Assembly (NCBI GenBank): GCA_003971905.1
Contig: RSEE01000083.1
Coordinates: 1-64,000 of the forward strand
Reading direction: 5' to 3'
Length of the DNA: 64,000 nt
DNA from: Moniliella sp. 'wahieum'
Taxonomy: Eukaryota
The position numbers and the translations under genes are program-made. The notes under the pieces were generated by a model. That model was not told where the DNA came from. It saw only the letters and a program-made list of their open reading frames with translations, and searched no databases. Shown here in pieces: positions 37,917 to 51,749 of the stretch. The first letter of the stretch is position 1; every line of letters begins with the position of its first letter.

Positions 37917-39127
37917 GCGCGGGGTCGAGTGGGTTGGTTGGTTTGTTGTGTTTGTCTGTGTCTGTGTTTGTGTCTGGTTTGGGTGTGCAGCGCATGCATG
38001 TGTAGCCTCTGCCAGCCTTGCAGGGATCGTGGTGGCACAGGCTCGAGTGGTAGCAAACGAGGCGGGGTAGAAGCACGTGATATCAATGGGAGGGCGAGGA
38101 CCGCGAAGAGGTTGAATATACATGTGGATGGGCAGAGAGACGGCGACCCAAGCCGAACGACAGGCATGACTTGCACGTGATGAGCGACGGATGGGCGGAG
38201 GGAAGGGGAGTGGGATGTGGAGGCAGCGCCGATCGCTGAGGGCCGAGGCCGAGTGGGATAGTGGTAGCGAGCGTGGTTGTCATCATGCTGAGCAGCCACG
38301 GAGGTGGAGGGGAGTGGAGTGGAGGGGAGGGGAGCAGTGTAGAGGGCGGGTGGTGGATCAGTATAATCACGCACACGCTGAGGCCGCCAGCGGAGGGGTG
38401 ATGCGGGTGGGTGATGCTGAGGCGTGAGGCAGCGCAGATAGCCACAGCGCTGCGATGCACACGCCCTGCCTGAGTCTCTGAGATCTGACTATTCTGAATC
38501 CTCATGCATCATGCCGCAGCAGCACTCAGCCGCTCAGCCGCTCAGCCCGCCATGACATCATGCGTGCGCGGCCGCACACTGGGCGGGTGCGGGGTGCGCC
38601 GCTGCTCGCTGGGATCCTCGGCACTCACGCACCGATCGTGCGGCCCCGGTCATCCGTCGCGCCTCGCAGCCGATCGGCCCTGGGCGATCGCACGCCCTGC
38701 CGCCGCCTGCCGCATCAAGCAGGCCCGCGCTGGGGCGCAGCACCCCACACTGCCCGCCTGCGCCGCCGCCCGCGACGTCACTGCTGCCGACACTGCCGCT
38801 CGGCCGCCGGCGCAGCTGTCGAACGGCTGGCCGAGTGCGCAGCCCAGCGCCCGTCCGCCCCAGTCAGCACGCTCCTGCCCGCCGCCGCAACAGCCCACAC
38901 ACCGCCCGCCTGCCACCCGCCTGCCTCCCCCAGCGCACAATGCCCCCGGCCGCTCCCGGCTGCGCACAGCACGCACAGCGCTCGCACGCCCCTCCCCGCG
39001 CCCACACACTGCCCCGTGCGCGCGCCTGATGGGCCGAACGCTCTGCTTTGGCTTTGGTTTGCTTGGCCCAGCGGTGGTTCTGCTACCGGCGACCACCACC
39101 ACCCACCCACGCCCCCGTCCGGCCGCC

Positions 39128-42100
39128 ATGAGCGCCAACACCACCTTTGTCTTCCCCCGCCCCAAGTCCCCCTCTCCGCGCCCGCGCCCGCCCCCGCCAC
39201 TGCCACCTCGGCCACCGCCGACGCTGACGCCACAGACCCCGCCCCAGCGCCCCCGCTGGGCGAAGCCATGGACCTCGACCCCACCCCCGCGACGCCTCCA
39301 GCCCCAGCCCCACGGGCCCCTCCACCCCCGCCTCTGTGCGCGACAGCCGCGACGTCGTCCTCCCCAGCATCTCCAACCTGCTCCACGAGCCCCCGAGCAG
39401 CCAGCCAGCCTGCGCACCCGCGCGGCGCCAGCACCTCCCCCGCCGTGCCCAAGGCGCTTGCCACCCATCCTCGTCCCTGACCGCGACCGCGACCGCGCCC
39501 GGGACGCCACCAGCACCCAGACCCGCCGCGCCCGTGCCCGCGGCACGCCTCTGCCCGCTCTGGAGCGGCCACGAGGGCGCCCATCCTTCGTCCTGGGCTT
39601 CGCCCTTGGCACTCGCCACCGAGGCGGTTGCGCCTAGCCCCGCCACCTCCTCCAGCGCTTCCCAAACCTCGCTTCGCCCCTCGCGTCGTGCCCTCGGACC
39701 GGGAGGCAGCATGCGCCTCACACGCCGCACACGCGAACTCGATTTGCCCCCCTCGGCACGATGCACAATGGCTTGTTTCCCGCCTCGCGTGCGCCGCGTC
39801 AGCAGCTCCCACCACCCTGGCTCGGCCCAACTGCAACGCATCTCCTCCGAGGCCCCGGGCGCCGGGTCGAACGACGATGAGGCGCAGTTGCAACTGCAGT
39901 TCCCGTCGCAGCGCTCCCCTCCACCCGCTCCGTCCTCGTCCTCGTCTGCGTTGGTGCATACCACCCCGCGCCACGCACGCACCGGTGGCAGTGCCAGTGG
40001 CAGCGGCGGCAGTGCCGGCGTAGCCGCCCACCTAGTTCCGGATCGGGCGGACTGGACATTCTCGCTTCCGTTTCGGTCGGGTCGGAAGTAGCCTCGACTG
40101 CAGCAGCTGCAGCTGCCGCCGCTGCAGCGGCAGCTTCTTCCACTCCCGTCTCGTCCACACCTATCCCGCCGACGCCCAGCTGAAAAACGGGTTCGTCGCA
40201 CCCCGTCCACCGCGTCCGCCGCCACCTCGACCGACTCGCGTCCCACGTCGCCTATCACCCACTCGTCCCGCGGCCACTCGCGCCAGACTTCAGGCGCAAT
40301 GCCCGTACCTTCCTCCGCCGGTCCTGGAACCTACGTCTACCCTGCAGGAGCGTACGCTGCCTACCCCCACCCACACCCGCAGCACCAACGCTCCACCTCG
40401 CTCACGTCGCCTTACCCGCGCGACGGTAGCGGCGGTAGTGGAAGTGGTAGTGGTGCGGCGCCGTACCCTTCTTACCCTCCTCCGTACCCCGGCCCCACGG
40501 GAGCAGGGACGTACGTGAACGTGTACCCCCCGCGCCTGGCTCTGCCTCTGGACCTGGCACAGCCACTGGACCTGGACCAGGCACAGTACGCGAAAGTATG
40601 CTGGCTTACCCTACGCATGCACACGCTCCGTACCCCTCTCCAACGCCGTTGCGCACAAGCTCCTACCGTCGCCCTCGGCGCGCTGTGCATCCCGCTGGAC
40701 TCCGTCGCGCTGGCACCGTAGGCCACACTCACCCCACTCACCGCCCGTCCCATTCCGTCCCGGTCTGGACCGAGTGGCGCCGCGACCCCAGCACCGCGTG
40801 CGGGGGCTGTTGCCCCTCCGCACCCTCACTCCCAAGCCCAAGCTCAAGCACAAGCACAAGCACAGGCCTACCCACCTCCACCTCCGCCTCCACCTGGTAC
40901 CTTGGGCCCCACGGCCATCCCGACGCCCAACGGTGGGTTCTGGGTACACATCCGCCACCTGGACCGACGCCGTTCCCCCCGCCCGAGTGGTCCGTGCACC
41001 GTCCCCTCCCCCCTACCTCGGGTGCGGGCGCCGGGGGAACCGGACGCAGGAGTCGCACCGAACCCGGTTCTCTTCTCCCGTATCGGCCACTTCGGCTGAC
41101 CCCCGCGACCCTGCTATGGCTGCCCCCGTCGGCGCGGGGTGGGACACAGCGCGACGATGTGGTGGAGATGGTGAGGGTGAGGGTGAGGGTGATGTGGGTG
41201 GAGATGGGGAGTATGCATCGGAGCACGTTTGAGGAGGCACAGGATGTGGCTGAATACGCTTACCCTTACGCTTATGCCGATCCTACCTCGCCCACCTCGC
41301 TCAAACGGAAAGTCAGTGGCCGCGAAGCTCGTCATCCCCATGCGCATGCTCATACTCATTCTCATGCTCATACGCATACGCATACGCTTTCTTCGGGCCA
41401 CTCCTGGGCATGCTACTGCTTCTGGGCCTACTGCTGGTCGCGGTCATGGTCATGGCCACCACCGCTCTGGCGGCGGCGGGAGCATGGACGCTCATGCACT
41501 TCGTATGCAGCAAATTCGATTGCAGGATCGGCAAGATGATGAGGAGGACGAGACGATGGTACAGGCGAGTGACGATCGTACAGGACCAGGACGCCACAAA
41601 CCGCGCACAGTTCGGACCGGTCGGACGAGCCGCGCTGGTCCGCAGAGCAGGACTCGAGGTCGACCAAGAGGCCGAAGAGGAGGACCAAGAACTGGGTCCA
41701 CCTTACCCCGGCACTACCACTGGTGCTGGTGGGGGGATGATGGTGCCGCCGCACATGGGGATGGGAATGGAATGGGCATGGGTATGCCCATGGTATGCCT
41801 ATCCCACCCATGGTGGAATGTACATCCCTACCCTCACCCAGGATCTGGACCTGACCTGACCCATCTCCCTCCCACGGACCACCTTCCGCCCCTCCTTCCT
41901 CTTACCCTTCCTACCCTTCTTACCCTCCGCCGCACGGCTACCCCCTCACCCTCACGCACACCCGCACGCACCCCAGCAGGGACAGCTACCCCCTCCCCCC
42001 TCCGCCCTCCTGGATCGAATCACAACCCTCGTACATGCCCGCGCCGCTCGGCCCGCCCATCGGACTGACCATGGCCCCGCACGCACCACACACTCAACCA

Positions 42101-43189
42101 CACGGCGGAGCACAAATGATGCCCCCTGGGTCAGGTCCCGTCGCCAACCCCAGGCCAGGGCCAGGCCAGGGCCAAGGCCAGGGTCAGGTCAGGGCCATTT
42201 CCGCCACCGCTCCTGGACCGACGTACCACCTTACGCGTATGCCTACCCCCCGGGCGGGAGCCACACGCTCCTGTACCCTTTGCCCGCGCTCCTCATCCCA
42301 TGGGAATGGGAAGGGCGTGCCTTTGGCTGATCCCGCGCGGGAGCGGCAGTGGCGGGGGCCCTGGCGCAGGTGGCGGTGCAGGTGGTGGTGCAGGTGCAGG
42401 TGCATCGGGGGGGGCGAGCAGTCGAACCACAGCCCCCAAGTACGAGTGTCAGTGGTGCGGTAAACGCTTTACCCGCCCTTCGTCGCTCAAGATTCACCAC
42501 CACGTGCACGGGTGAAAACCTTACCTCTGCACTGCCCGGATGTTTACGCTCCTTCTCGGTACAGAGTAATTTGCGTCGGCACCCAAAGTCTCACCCGCCT
42601 GTCGCACTGCTGCTGCGCAGGCGCAGGGAGGCAGGGGCGCAGGGGGGGGCGCAGGCGGAGGGGGAGGGGGGGGCGCAAGCGGCTAAAGACCCCGTGCCTC
42701 AGGTTGCTCGTGAGGGACACGCTGAGGAGGAGGAGGAGGAGGAAGAGGAAGAACTTGAGGTTGAAGAAGGCGAGGAGGGCGACGCCACAATCCCAACCCA
42801 AACCCAAACCCACGGGGCAGGGGAAAGTAAAACCCCCCAAACCCAAACTCAAACGCAAACCCAAACGCAAGGAGAAGGAGAAGGGGAGGCGCAACACCAA
42901 GAAGCTAAACTTACCACGGCAGTGGGTGGTACTCCCCCGCACCTGATCCCACTTCCATTCCCACTGCCACGGGCGATGCCACGGGCGATGCCACGGGCGA
43001 TGCCACTCCCACTCCCACTCCCACTCCCACTGCTACTGCCACTGCTGCCACGACCTCCACGAGCACCGTTCTGGCGCCCAGCGCACTCGCGGCCGACCCG
43101 ACCCCGCACCCGCACCCGTGCCTCACCCGCAGCAGGAGACGGAGCAGCAGCCAGAGCCCGAGCCCGAGCCCGAGCCTATGGTCACTTGA
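39128..43189 (+). CDS. C2H2 zinc-finger transcription factor (two fingers at ~42440-42595) with long disordered regions; frameshifted, ends approximate
   Basis: KYECQWCGKRFTRPSSLKIHHHVH, a frameshifted TGEKP-like linker, then LPGCLRSFSVQSNLRRH..SH. Confidence 0.8.
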
Positions 43190-45424
43190 TGCGCGTGCGT
43201 GTGGGTGTGGGTGTGAGTGGTGCCCTCTTGCCTTTTGGGGTACACGTGGCTCAGCTCGGCTCGGTCGTTGGTCCTCCCTCCCTCCTCCATTCGTCCCCCT
43301 CCGTCCGTCCGTGGCTGCATTCGTACCTCCATTCGTCCCTCCATCCCTTCGTCCGTTTGTCCGTCCGTCCACCCGTCCGTCCCTACCTATGCTCTGCTCT
43401 ACCATTTGGGCCCTGTATCTGTATCTGTATCTGTATCTGGTTTGGCTTTGGTTTGGCTTTGGTTGTGTTTGTGTTTGTGTTTGTGGGTGATTTGTATGGG
43501 TTCGCGACGGGCGGGAGAGCCAGGTGCCCTCGCCTGCGCAGGCGAGCAAGAAGCTGCGAGCTTCAAGCTTGACCGCTGTATTCGTGTTTGCTTCCGTTCA
43601 TTTGTTTTTCTATTTGTTTTCTTTTGTTTATGTGCTTGGTTGGGTGGTTTGTGGGTCGTGCGTCGGGGCGCGAGCGGTAGGTATATGTAGACTCCGAGTG
43701 GTGGCGAGGTGAGGTGAGATGAGATGAGATGGGTGTTTTGTTAGTGTGACGTGAGACCATGCAGGTCGGGACTAGGAGGTGCGGGAGTACCTGCCCTACG
43801 ACCTGTTATCCGTCGTGAAGCACTACTACTACTACTGCTATGCTTTACCGGCTACTTCTACAGCACAACTACTCAGAAGTTCGCTCGCGCTCATCTAAAA
43901 TCCAAAACACTATACACTGTGATGGTTTCGACTCGGTTTCTCGCCTCGTTTCTCGTCTCGGGTCCGCTTTGCCCTTTTTGACTCTCGTCTCGTCTCTCTC
44001 TCACCTCGCGCCTCTCGTGCTTGGTCCTCACTTGTTTCCTTTGACTCGTTTCCCCTTTTCACTGGAGACCTCTGTTTGTTGGTCTTCCCTTTGTCCCCCC
44101 TTCTCTATAAAACCTGCCTGTTCTTCGATCCAATTGTGATGGCCCAAGCCGCCCACCCTTCTCGTTCTTCTTCATCCTTCTTCTAGGCGAAATCCACTCT
44201 ATTACAAGAAGCGCTTTCCCATTAGCGCTCAGCTCGCTTGCCCTCCCTCGCCCATCGGGACTCCCCGCTTTCTCGTCGGCCCCTACGAACGTGCAACCTC
44301 TCCTTACGGACGCTGCCTGGCTCTGCCAGACGACCAGCAAAACTCAGTGGCGACGTTCCTACGTTCACGCTAGTGTTCGCAGTGTTCCTTGGACTTTGGA
44401 TCTCAAATGCGTCCAGTCCTCAGTCCGTGAGTACTTGAGTACTGAGTACTGAGTATTGTCTCCGATGGGTAGGCAAGGTCTCCGCCTGGGAAGCCAGCAA
44501 GTGACCCCGTGACACTCCTTGCCTTGCGCATGGTTCCTACTTGTTTGGTCAACCGCGTTGATCATGTTTGGCGTGTTGGAAAGAGCAACAGAGGAGAGAA
44601 AAGATGTTCTTGAGAATGATATGACTACCAGAGATCCGCCCTGCCCAGCCTGACAGGGGGGACAATAGAGCCACAAGAGAGAGTCGGACCACTCTGCAGA
44701 CTAGAGCTAGAGCAGAGGCAGGTCACCCAACCACCTTGAACGTTAAACGCTGACATGCTGTTGGCAACCAATCGTGCCTGTGTGGTGGTCGTGCACTGAA
44801 TAAGATCTACGAGATCTACGAGGGCCAAAACCGCCAATTGAATGAGCCATTTGCATCGCCAGCGGCAGTCTCTCTCCAACAGATCGCAGCCCAGCCGTGC
44901 GTCTCTTCTGCCAGCCCGAGTTTCCCATCGACCAGCCCACCGTGCTTGCTCTCGTTGCCATCTCGCTTCTCGCATCGACGTCGGCCAGGAGACGGTTGCG
45001 CCGCCCAGGGTGCGCCCACGACGGGGAAGAGAAGAAAGACCGACATAAGCCCGCTGACCAACACGCGCAACGCAGGCGCAGGCGCATGCGGCGACGTCAT
45101 CGCCCACGCACGCAGTGGCGCTGTGCGGGAGGCGTGCTGCGCATGACAGCCGCCACGGGGCCAGCCACTGCGCCAGCCCGCGCGTCGGCACTGCTCCTGT
45201 GCCATCCCCGCGTGGCCCGAGCGCAGTGCCTGCCCGCACCACGCCTGTGTCTCCGCGCCGCATCCACGCATCACCCATGCGTCACCCATGCACGCTCCAG
45301 GCCACGTCCGCGCAGCCACAGCCCCCCACTAGGGTTGGCTGTGCGCCTGCGCCCCCCTCCCCTCCGCCTCTCCGCGCGCACCGCCACCACCCCCATCCCC
45401 ACCCCCATCCCCACCACCACCACC

Positions 45425-46915
45425 ATGCCCCCCCCTCCCCTCCCCTCCCGCTCCTCGCCGTCGCTGCCGTCAAGTACAAGCCCCCACCGTGGCGACCTCA
45501 CCTTTGCCAAGGGCGAGACGGTCCGTGTCCTGGCCCGCGCCCCGCCCACCGACGACACTCCCGCCGATGACGACGACGATGACGATGACGAATGGTTTGT
45601 CGGCGAAAGCTTGGACCACACCCGCCACGGCACTTTCCCCGGTGGCTTTGTCACTTTTTTGCCCCCGGAGCAGCAGCCTCACCCCGACCCGACCCTGACC
45701 CTGACACCCACGCGCTACCGCAACTCCCACCGCAAGTCCAACCTGACCCTAACCTCCAACCCCCACCGCAACCTGCGCCCCAGTCCCCGAGGCCGAAGCC
45801 GTGTCGGTACCGGTGCCGGTGTCTGCACCGCATCCCGACCCCGTGCTGGACCCTACGCCGGCACCGGTCGCCCCCCCCCGCGCGCTCTCTCCCCCGGCTG
45901 CGGCATCTTTGCCTTCTTCCCAGCCCGTCGCCCCGCCCTTGCAGCGCCACCAGAACCCGAACCGGCACCGGCACCGGCACCGGAACCAACGTCGAAACAG
46001 GAACTGGTCCCAGAAGTGGAAGCAGATGCAGGTGCAGGCGTAGGGGCAGGACCTTCTGCGCAGCCCCCCACCCCTCTTGCTCCCGCTGCGCCTTCCCAGC
46101 CCCTTGGATCGACAGCGGCACCCTCGGCCTCGGAGGAAGCGCCTGCTGCACCGGCGCCTCCTTCGCCCACTTCGGCTCTGGCTCCCGCTGTTGTTTCCGC
46201 TCCCGCTGCCGTTTCTGCTCCCGCTGCCGCTCCCGCCTCCACCCTTCCCCCCGCCCCGGCCGCGCACAAGCATCCGCCCCCTGCAGTGCCCAAGAAAAGC
46301 AATGCCCTGCGGGACCGGATTGCCGCGTTCAACAAACCCAGCGAGGCGCCGGCTCCGCCGCCCATTCACCGCACGGGTGCAGGCTGGCGTCGCCCCCCAC
46401 CCACTGCGGGCGACAAGCCCATCCAGCCGCCTCCTCCACCTGGCACCGCCTTTCGCCCACCTAGCTCCACTCCCGGACACGCGAGCTCGGTAAGCTCTAC
46501 AACCGCTCCTGCGCCAGTAGCTGCGCGCGCCCCTAGTCCGGCTCCCGCCGAGGCGGGGTCGTGGGTCCGGCGAGTCGGGTGCACAGGGCGCGGCGACGGG
46601 ATCGGAGGGACCCGGCGGATTTAGTGCAGCCGATGCCAAGTCGTCCATCAAGATGTCGCTCAAGGAACGCATGGCGGCCCTGCAACGTGGTGGCGCAGGG
46701 GACGAGCCCAGTTCGTCGACTGCCCGCGCTCCGCCACCTCTTGCGCCCAAACCCGGTCGCTTGACCTCGGATCGTCGCGCGGCAGCGTTGGCGGGCATTG
46801 GAACGGGCAGCTCGGCGGTTCCGGCTGCACCTGTTCCAGCTGCACCTAAGCCCACGTCGGACGACCCGGAATCGGCTACGCACCCCACTGCCCCCGACCA
46901 AGGGCACGATCCCAC

Positions 46916-47012
<97 letters not shown>

Positions 47013-50000
47013 GCCGAGGCCGATGCGGAGCACGACGACGGCACTGCTGCTGCGCGGACCACGAGACCGAACCACCTGCCGAGCTGACGGAGGAGCAAAA
47101 GCAAGCTGAAGCCGAAGCGGCCGCGGCGGCCGAACGTAAAGCCGCCATTCTGCGTCGTCTCCAGACCACGGGCGGGATGAAAATTGGCGCGCCACCGCCA
47201 CCGCTGTTTGGTGCCCCGGCCGCGTCCAAGTCGCCGCCGCCGCAGGCCGACGAAGGCACGACAGAAAGAGAGCTTTGTTCCCCTCGGACGACGAGGAGGG
47301 GGAGAAGGAGAAGCAGAAGGAGAAGGAGGCGGATTCCGAAGAACCACCACAGGAAGAGCAGGATGAAGCGACGCGCAAAGCTGCCATCTTGCGCCGTCTC
47401 CAAGCAGGAGGCGGGATGAACATGTTTGGTGCCCCGGCTCCGACGGTTCCTGCTACCCCTGCTCCACCTGCTCCGGCTCCGGCTCCGGCTGCAGGTCTTG
47501 CCCAACACGAAGAGACAACGGACGAACCGGGTCTGTTTGACGACGAGGACGACGAGGTGGGGGTAGTAACAAGTGCACCTCCCCTCCGGTCCCAGTGAAC
47601 CACAACAAGCCCGCTGCACCCGTGCCCGCTGCTCCTGCCCCGACTGGGGGGCGTCCAGCTCCTCCACGCCGCGTTGCGCCCCCGCGTCGCACGGCAACCA
47701 CCCACGAGCCTGCTCGTGCCGCCACGCAGGACACGGTGGACGCTGTGCCCGTCGCTCCAGCCCCAACTGTCCCAGCTGGCAAACCTGCTGCTGCTCCTGC
47801 TGCTCCTGCTCTGCTCCTGCTCTGCTTCTGGTGCTACGCCCGGTGCAGACCAGCCCACCGGACTGGCCCCCCCTCCCACTGTGGCGCGCTCGGACGATGC
47901 AACGCCGGCGGCGCAGGACGAGACGGGGTCTTGTTGCCCCCATCGTTTGATCGTCGCGATTCGGTCAACAGTGCTTGGACCATGCCGCTGGATCCGGACG
48001 AGATGGCCCAGAATCAGTTGGCTCTGGACCAGTTCTTGGCGGGGCCGGCGCCCGTCGCACCTGTCTATCCACCGCCCGTCCCTTCCCGCCAGTTGGAACC
48101 CGAAGCACAGGAGCAAAGCAGGTTCGCCACGAGCACGGACGAGCATGAGGAGGAGCAGGCGCAGGAGCAGCAGGAGGAGCAAGAACAAGGTGATACAACG
48201 CCAACGGAAGCGGAACCAATGTCGGCCGTGACAGCACGTACGCCCATCCCGCCTCCTCATGCTGCCCCGGTGCCACCTACCTTGCCCTCTCCTACCGTTC
48301 CCGCACCTCAACCGCCTGTCCCGGCCATTCGCGCGCCCAAGCCGCGGATGGCGGAGCCCTCTCCGGCGGAGGAGTTTGACCACGTTGAGGCCCCTACTGC
48401 TGCCACCACTACCCAACAGCCGGCTCAACCGGGTGCCTTGTTCCCTTCCCATGAACCGGACCAAGTGCAGGAGCCGCACGAAGTTACGCCAGAGGAACAA
48501 GAGCAGCAAGAAGAGCGGGACCGCCGTGCGCGCTTGGCGGAACGAATGGCACGCTTGGGCGGGCACAAGATTGGCGGAGCGCCGTTCCCGTTTGGTGGGA
48601 TGGGCGCCCCGATGCCCCCGCGGCAGAGGGACGTGGTCGCGCAGGAGATCCAACAGGAGGCCCAGCAACAGGCTGAGGAAGGCGCGGCAGCGGCAGCGGC
48701 GACGGAGGACGAGCCGGCGGACGTGCCGCCTCGGCGGCGTGGAGTACCCCTAGGGGGCGTGGCCATCCCGGGCTTTGCGCCCCGCTCGCACGTCGACGAA
48801 GTGCATGAGCCCGAGGACCCGCATGAGTCGGAGCAGCGACAGGACGAACCACGAGCTCAGCTGGAAGCTGCCCCGCTGCACCCCCACTCGCCCGTTGAGG
48901 CGCCCTTGGACGACTGGGCAGCCAACGCGACGGCCGCGCTGCAGTATGCCGCGGAGGGACGCTCAAGCGAGGACAGCGTGCACTCCCCGCCGCCTCCCCC
49001 GACGAAAGCGCCCCCGGCTCCCAGCCTTGCTCGCTCGCCTTCTTCCAGCGCGCCCACGCGCCCGCCCCCGCGTCGCCCGCCGTCGGGGCCGCCTCCGATG
49101 CCTGCCTCACCCCCGCCCGTGCCGCGTGGGTACACGGGCTCGCCCCCGCCTGTGCCGCGGGGATACACGGGCTCGCCTGCCCCGGCCCATCCGCCCCCCC
49201 GCCACCTGCTAAGCGTGCCTCCATCTCCCCTGGTTCGCTTGGCGCTGACCGGCGCACGAGCCTCGACCGTCGCACCAGCCTGGACCAGCGCACGAACCTC
49301 GAGCGCAAGCCCACCTTGCCCCCCGTGCATGCGCCGCCTCCGCCTCCACCGGGAGGCAAGCCTTCGGTGCCCTTTGCGCCGGCTCGTACGCCCGCCGCCC
49401 CGACGCGACGGACGAGCAGCGTGGGATCCCGTCCGGACGAGTCAGATGCTGGCTACCCGTCCCTCGGATCGGCCGGGATGGGCGTGAGCGCGGCGGCCTC
49501 TGCATCCGCTTGCGCCTACAGCTAGTGCTTCGCCCACGGCCGTGGCACCCACTGTCTCGCCCACCGCCGCCAGCGCACAACGGCAAGCCAGTGTGTCCAG
49601 GCGCTTTTCGCGCTTGGGCGGAGCCCGCGATTTGGACTTGATGCCCACCACGCGCTGGTGGCGTTCGTCTCCACTTCAGTTGCCACCTACCATGGTAGGC
49701 CGGAAAGATGTACTGGTGCGCACCCAGTCCTCGACCGAGACGAGCCAGGGCGAAACGATCCACCAAATCCAAGTGCGCATCTTGTACGAAGATTATTTCC
49801 AGACCGGTACGTACACACTAGTTTCCCTTTTGGCCCTGTTTCTTCCTCCTCTGGTTGGGTTTGGGGGTTGGATGAGATTGATGGACTAACGTTTGAAAAT
49901 GGCAGTGGTGACGGTGGTATTTGAAGAGAATGCCACGACGGAGGAAGGGACCGAATTGACGCAGGTGCATGTGCCTGCGCCGCCGCGGCCACGACGGAGC

Positions 50001-50497
50001 AACTGCGTTTGTGGGCCGGCAAGACGGGTGCCGTGTTGGCCGCGACAGCCGCCTCGTTGGCCACGGGCAAAAACGTTAAAGCGATTGGGGATGGATCGTC
50101 GCGCGCGCACTGCTTGACGCATGCTTTGCTCCCAACCCTGCCTTGCTCCCTCCCGTCGGCTCCACATTCGGTGCGCCCGTCCTGGTCCAAGCCGGCCAGG
50201 CTACCACGGAACATGCTGACGACCCTCGCGCCGGCGACGTGGTGGTCTGTCGTGGCGCCTCCTTGGCCGGCCGCAAAGGGTTGGCCAACTACCACCTTCA
50301 CTTGGGCTCGGCCGCTGACCCCCTGGTCGGCATCTGCATCGAATTCGAAGACCGCAAACGTAAAGTGCGCGCCGTGGTACAGGGCAGAAGAAGGTGGAAG
50401 AAGTCTCGATTCGGTTGGACGACTTGAAATCCGGTACTATCCTCTTGGCCCGCCCCGTCCCGGCCAGAGGATACCTCCAAGGTTGGGAGTAGAGTAG
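45425..50497 (+). CDS. BBC1: BBC1/Mti1-like SH3 protein (myosin-tail-interacting actin-patch protein); intron near 49807-49903; frameshifted
   Basis: N-terminal SH3 (GDLTFAKGETVRV...EWFVGE...GTFPGGFV), LRDRIAAFN, MSLKERMAALQ, RRARLAERMARLGG, long Pro-rich middle, C-terminal RDLDL..WW...YEDY region. Confidence 0.75.
46917..47012 (+). repeat. Perfect (CACGAG)x16 coding repeat giving (His-Glu)16
   Basis: Read directly; in frame with MSLKERMAALQ of the BBC1-like gene. Confidence 0.95.
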
Positions 50498-51749
50498 GAG
50501 TACAAGTTGAGCTTGTGGTTGGGGTTGGAGCGATTGGGGGACTTGCGTTGGCCGGTCTCGCTGCAGTCTGTTCCCGACCCTGACCCGACTGTGTCCCTGC
50601 TCCTGGCCCGGTCGGCGTTGCGAGACGGTTCGGTCGGAACGAAGCGTGTCTTGTCCTGTGCCTGGACAATGGAAGGAGAGCTGAAGGAACGAACGACTGG
50701 ACAATTGCCCCCCCCCACCTCCCTCTCCTCTGGCCTCTTTCCCCTTCCCTGTTTTTGGTTTGTGTTTTCTCTCAACGCTGGATCAGCTCGATCTGTGGAC
50801 AAGTGCAATGCGTTTTGTTTTCTTGATTGCAAGTTGGGCGGCGCCGAGTTGGGGTTGGGGTTGGTAGATTTGTAGATGCATGATGATGGGGTCAATATTC
50901 GGTTTAGGGGGCCTTGGTGGGCCTGACAGAGGTTGTACAAGTAGCACGAACCGACAGAACATGGCCCCTGGCTGGCAACGAGACATAACACAAAAGCACA
51001 GAAAGAGGTCAAGGGGTGCTGCGCGCGCCGGGTCCAGGGCGGTTTTAGCCCCGCGCTTGTTGGTGGCCACGGTGTCAACATATATATAGGCAAGTTATCA
51101 TATCATCATCACACCTTCACATAGCCTGCGTGCTGTCAAACAACCGGCTTTGCATCCCCGATCCTCTCTTTATATCTCCTTTACATCAACACCACATCCG
51201 CCCTCTCGTTTGCTGCCAACAGGAGTCAGAATAGCATCAACCGCTTCTGCTTCGCCACCAATCCCACGGCCCCCGTCGTGCTCTGGAAAGACAAAACCCT
51301 TCTCAGCACTTTGGCCTGCTAAGGACCGTCCAGTACGATAAATCCAGTGGTGCTTCTCTCACATCTCAGGGTCAATTTGGACTCCTCTTCGGTTGGCAAC
51401 AGAGGCGAACCATTCGGAAAGCCATCAGACTACAAACGGGCTGTGACGTCCACATGGCATGGACCTTATCTACTGTCCGCCTAGAGAGATTGCGTTTATC
51501 TCCCTGCCACTCTGGACACTATCATAAGGAGAGAAGGAAAGGAAACATTCTGTCCCTCTCTGTCCCTTGATATCAGAACATCCCGGCTATTGCCGAGTCT
51601 CAAAAAACATCCATCACGGTCAGTGACATAGAACTACGTTTGCTCGTACACCACACCCAAAAAGAAAACTCACTCTATGCACCGGGAACTCGCTACAAAT
51701 ATCTTCGACCCCAATCAGTTCGCAAACTATAACTGTGTTGTCATCAATC

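Noticed and set aside
46533..48668. 711-aa minus-strand ORF, and similar long ORFs at 11396-12595, 11832-13289 and 38778-40031
   Set aside because: Shadow or antisense frames of GC-rich genes and flanks; where they overlap genes, the recognisable domains lie in other frames.
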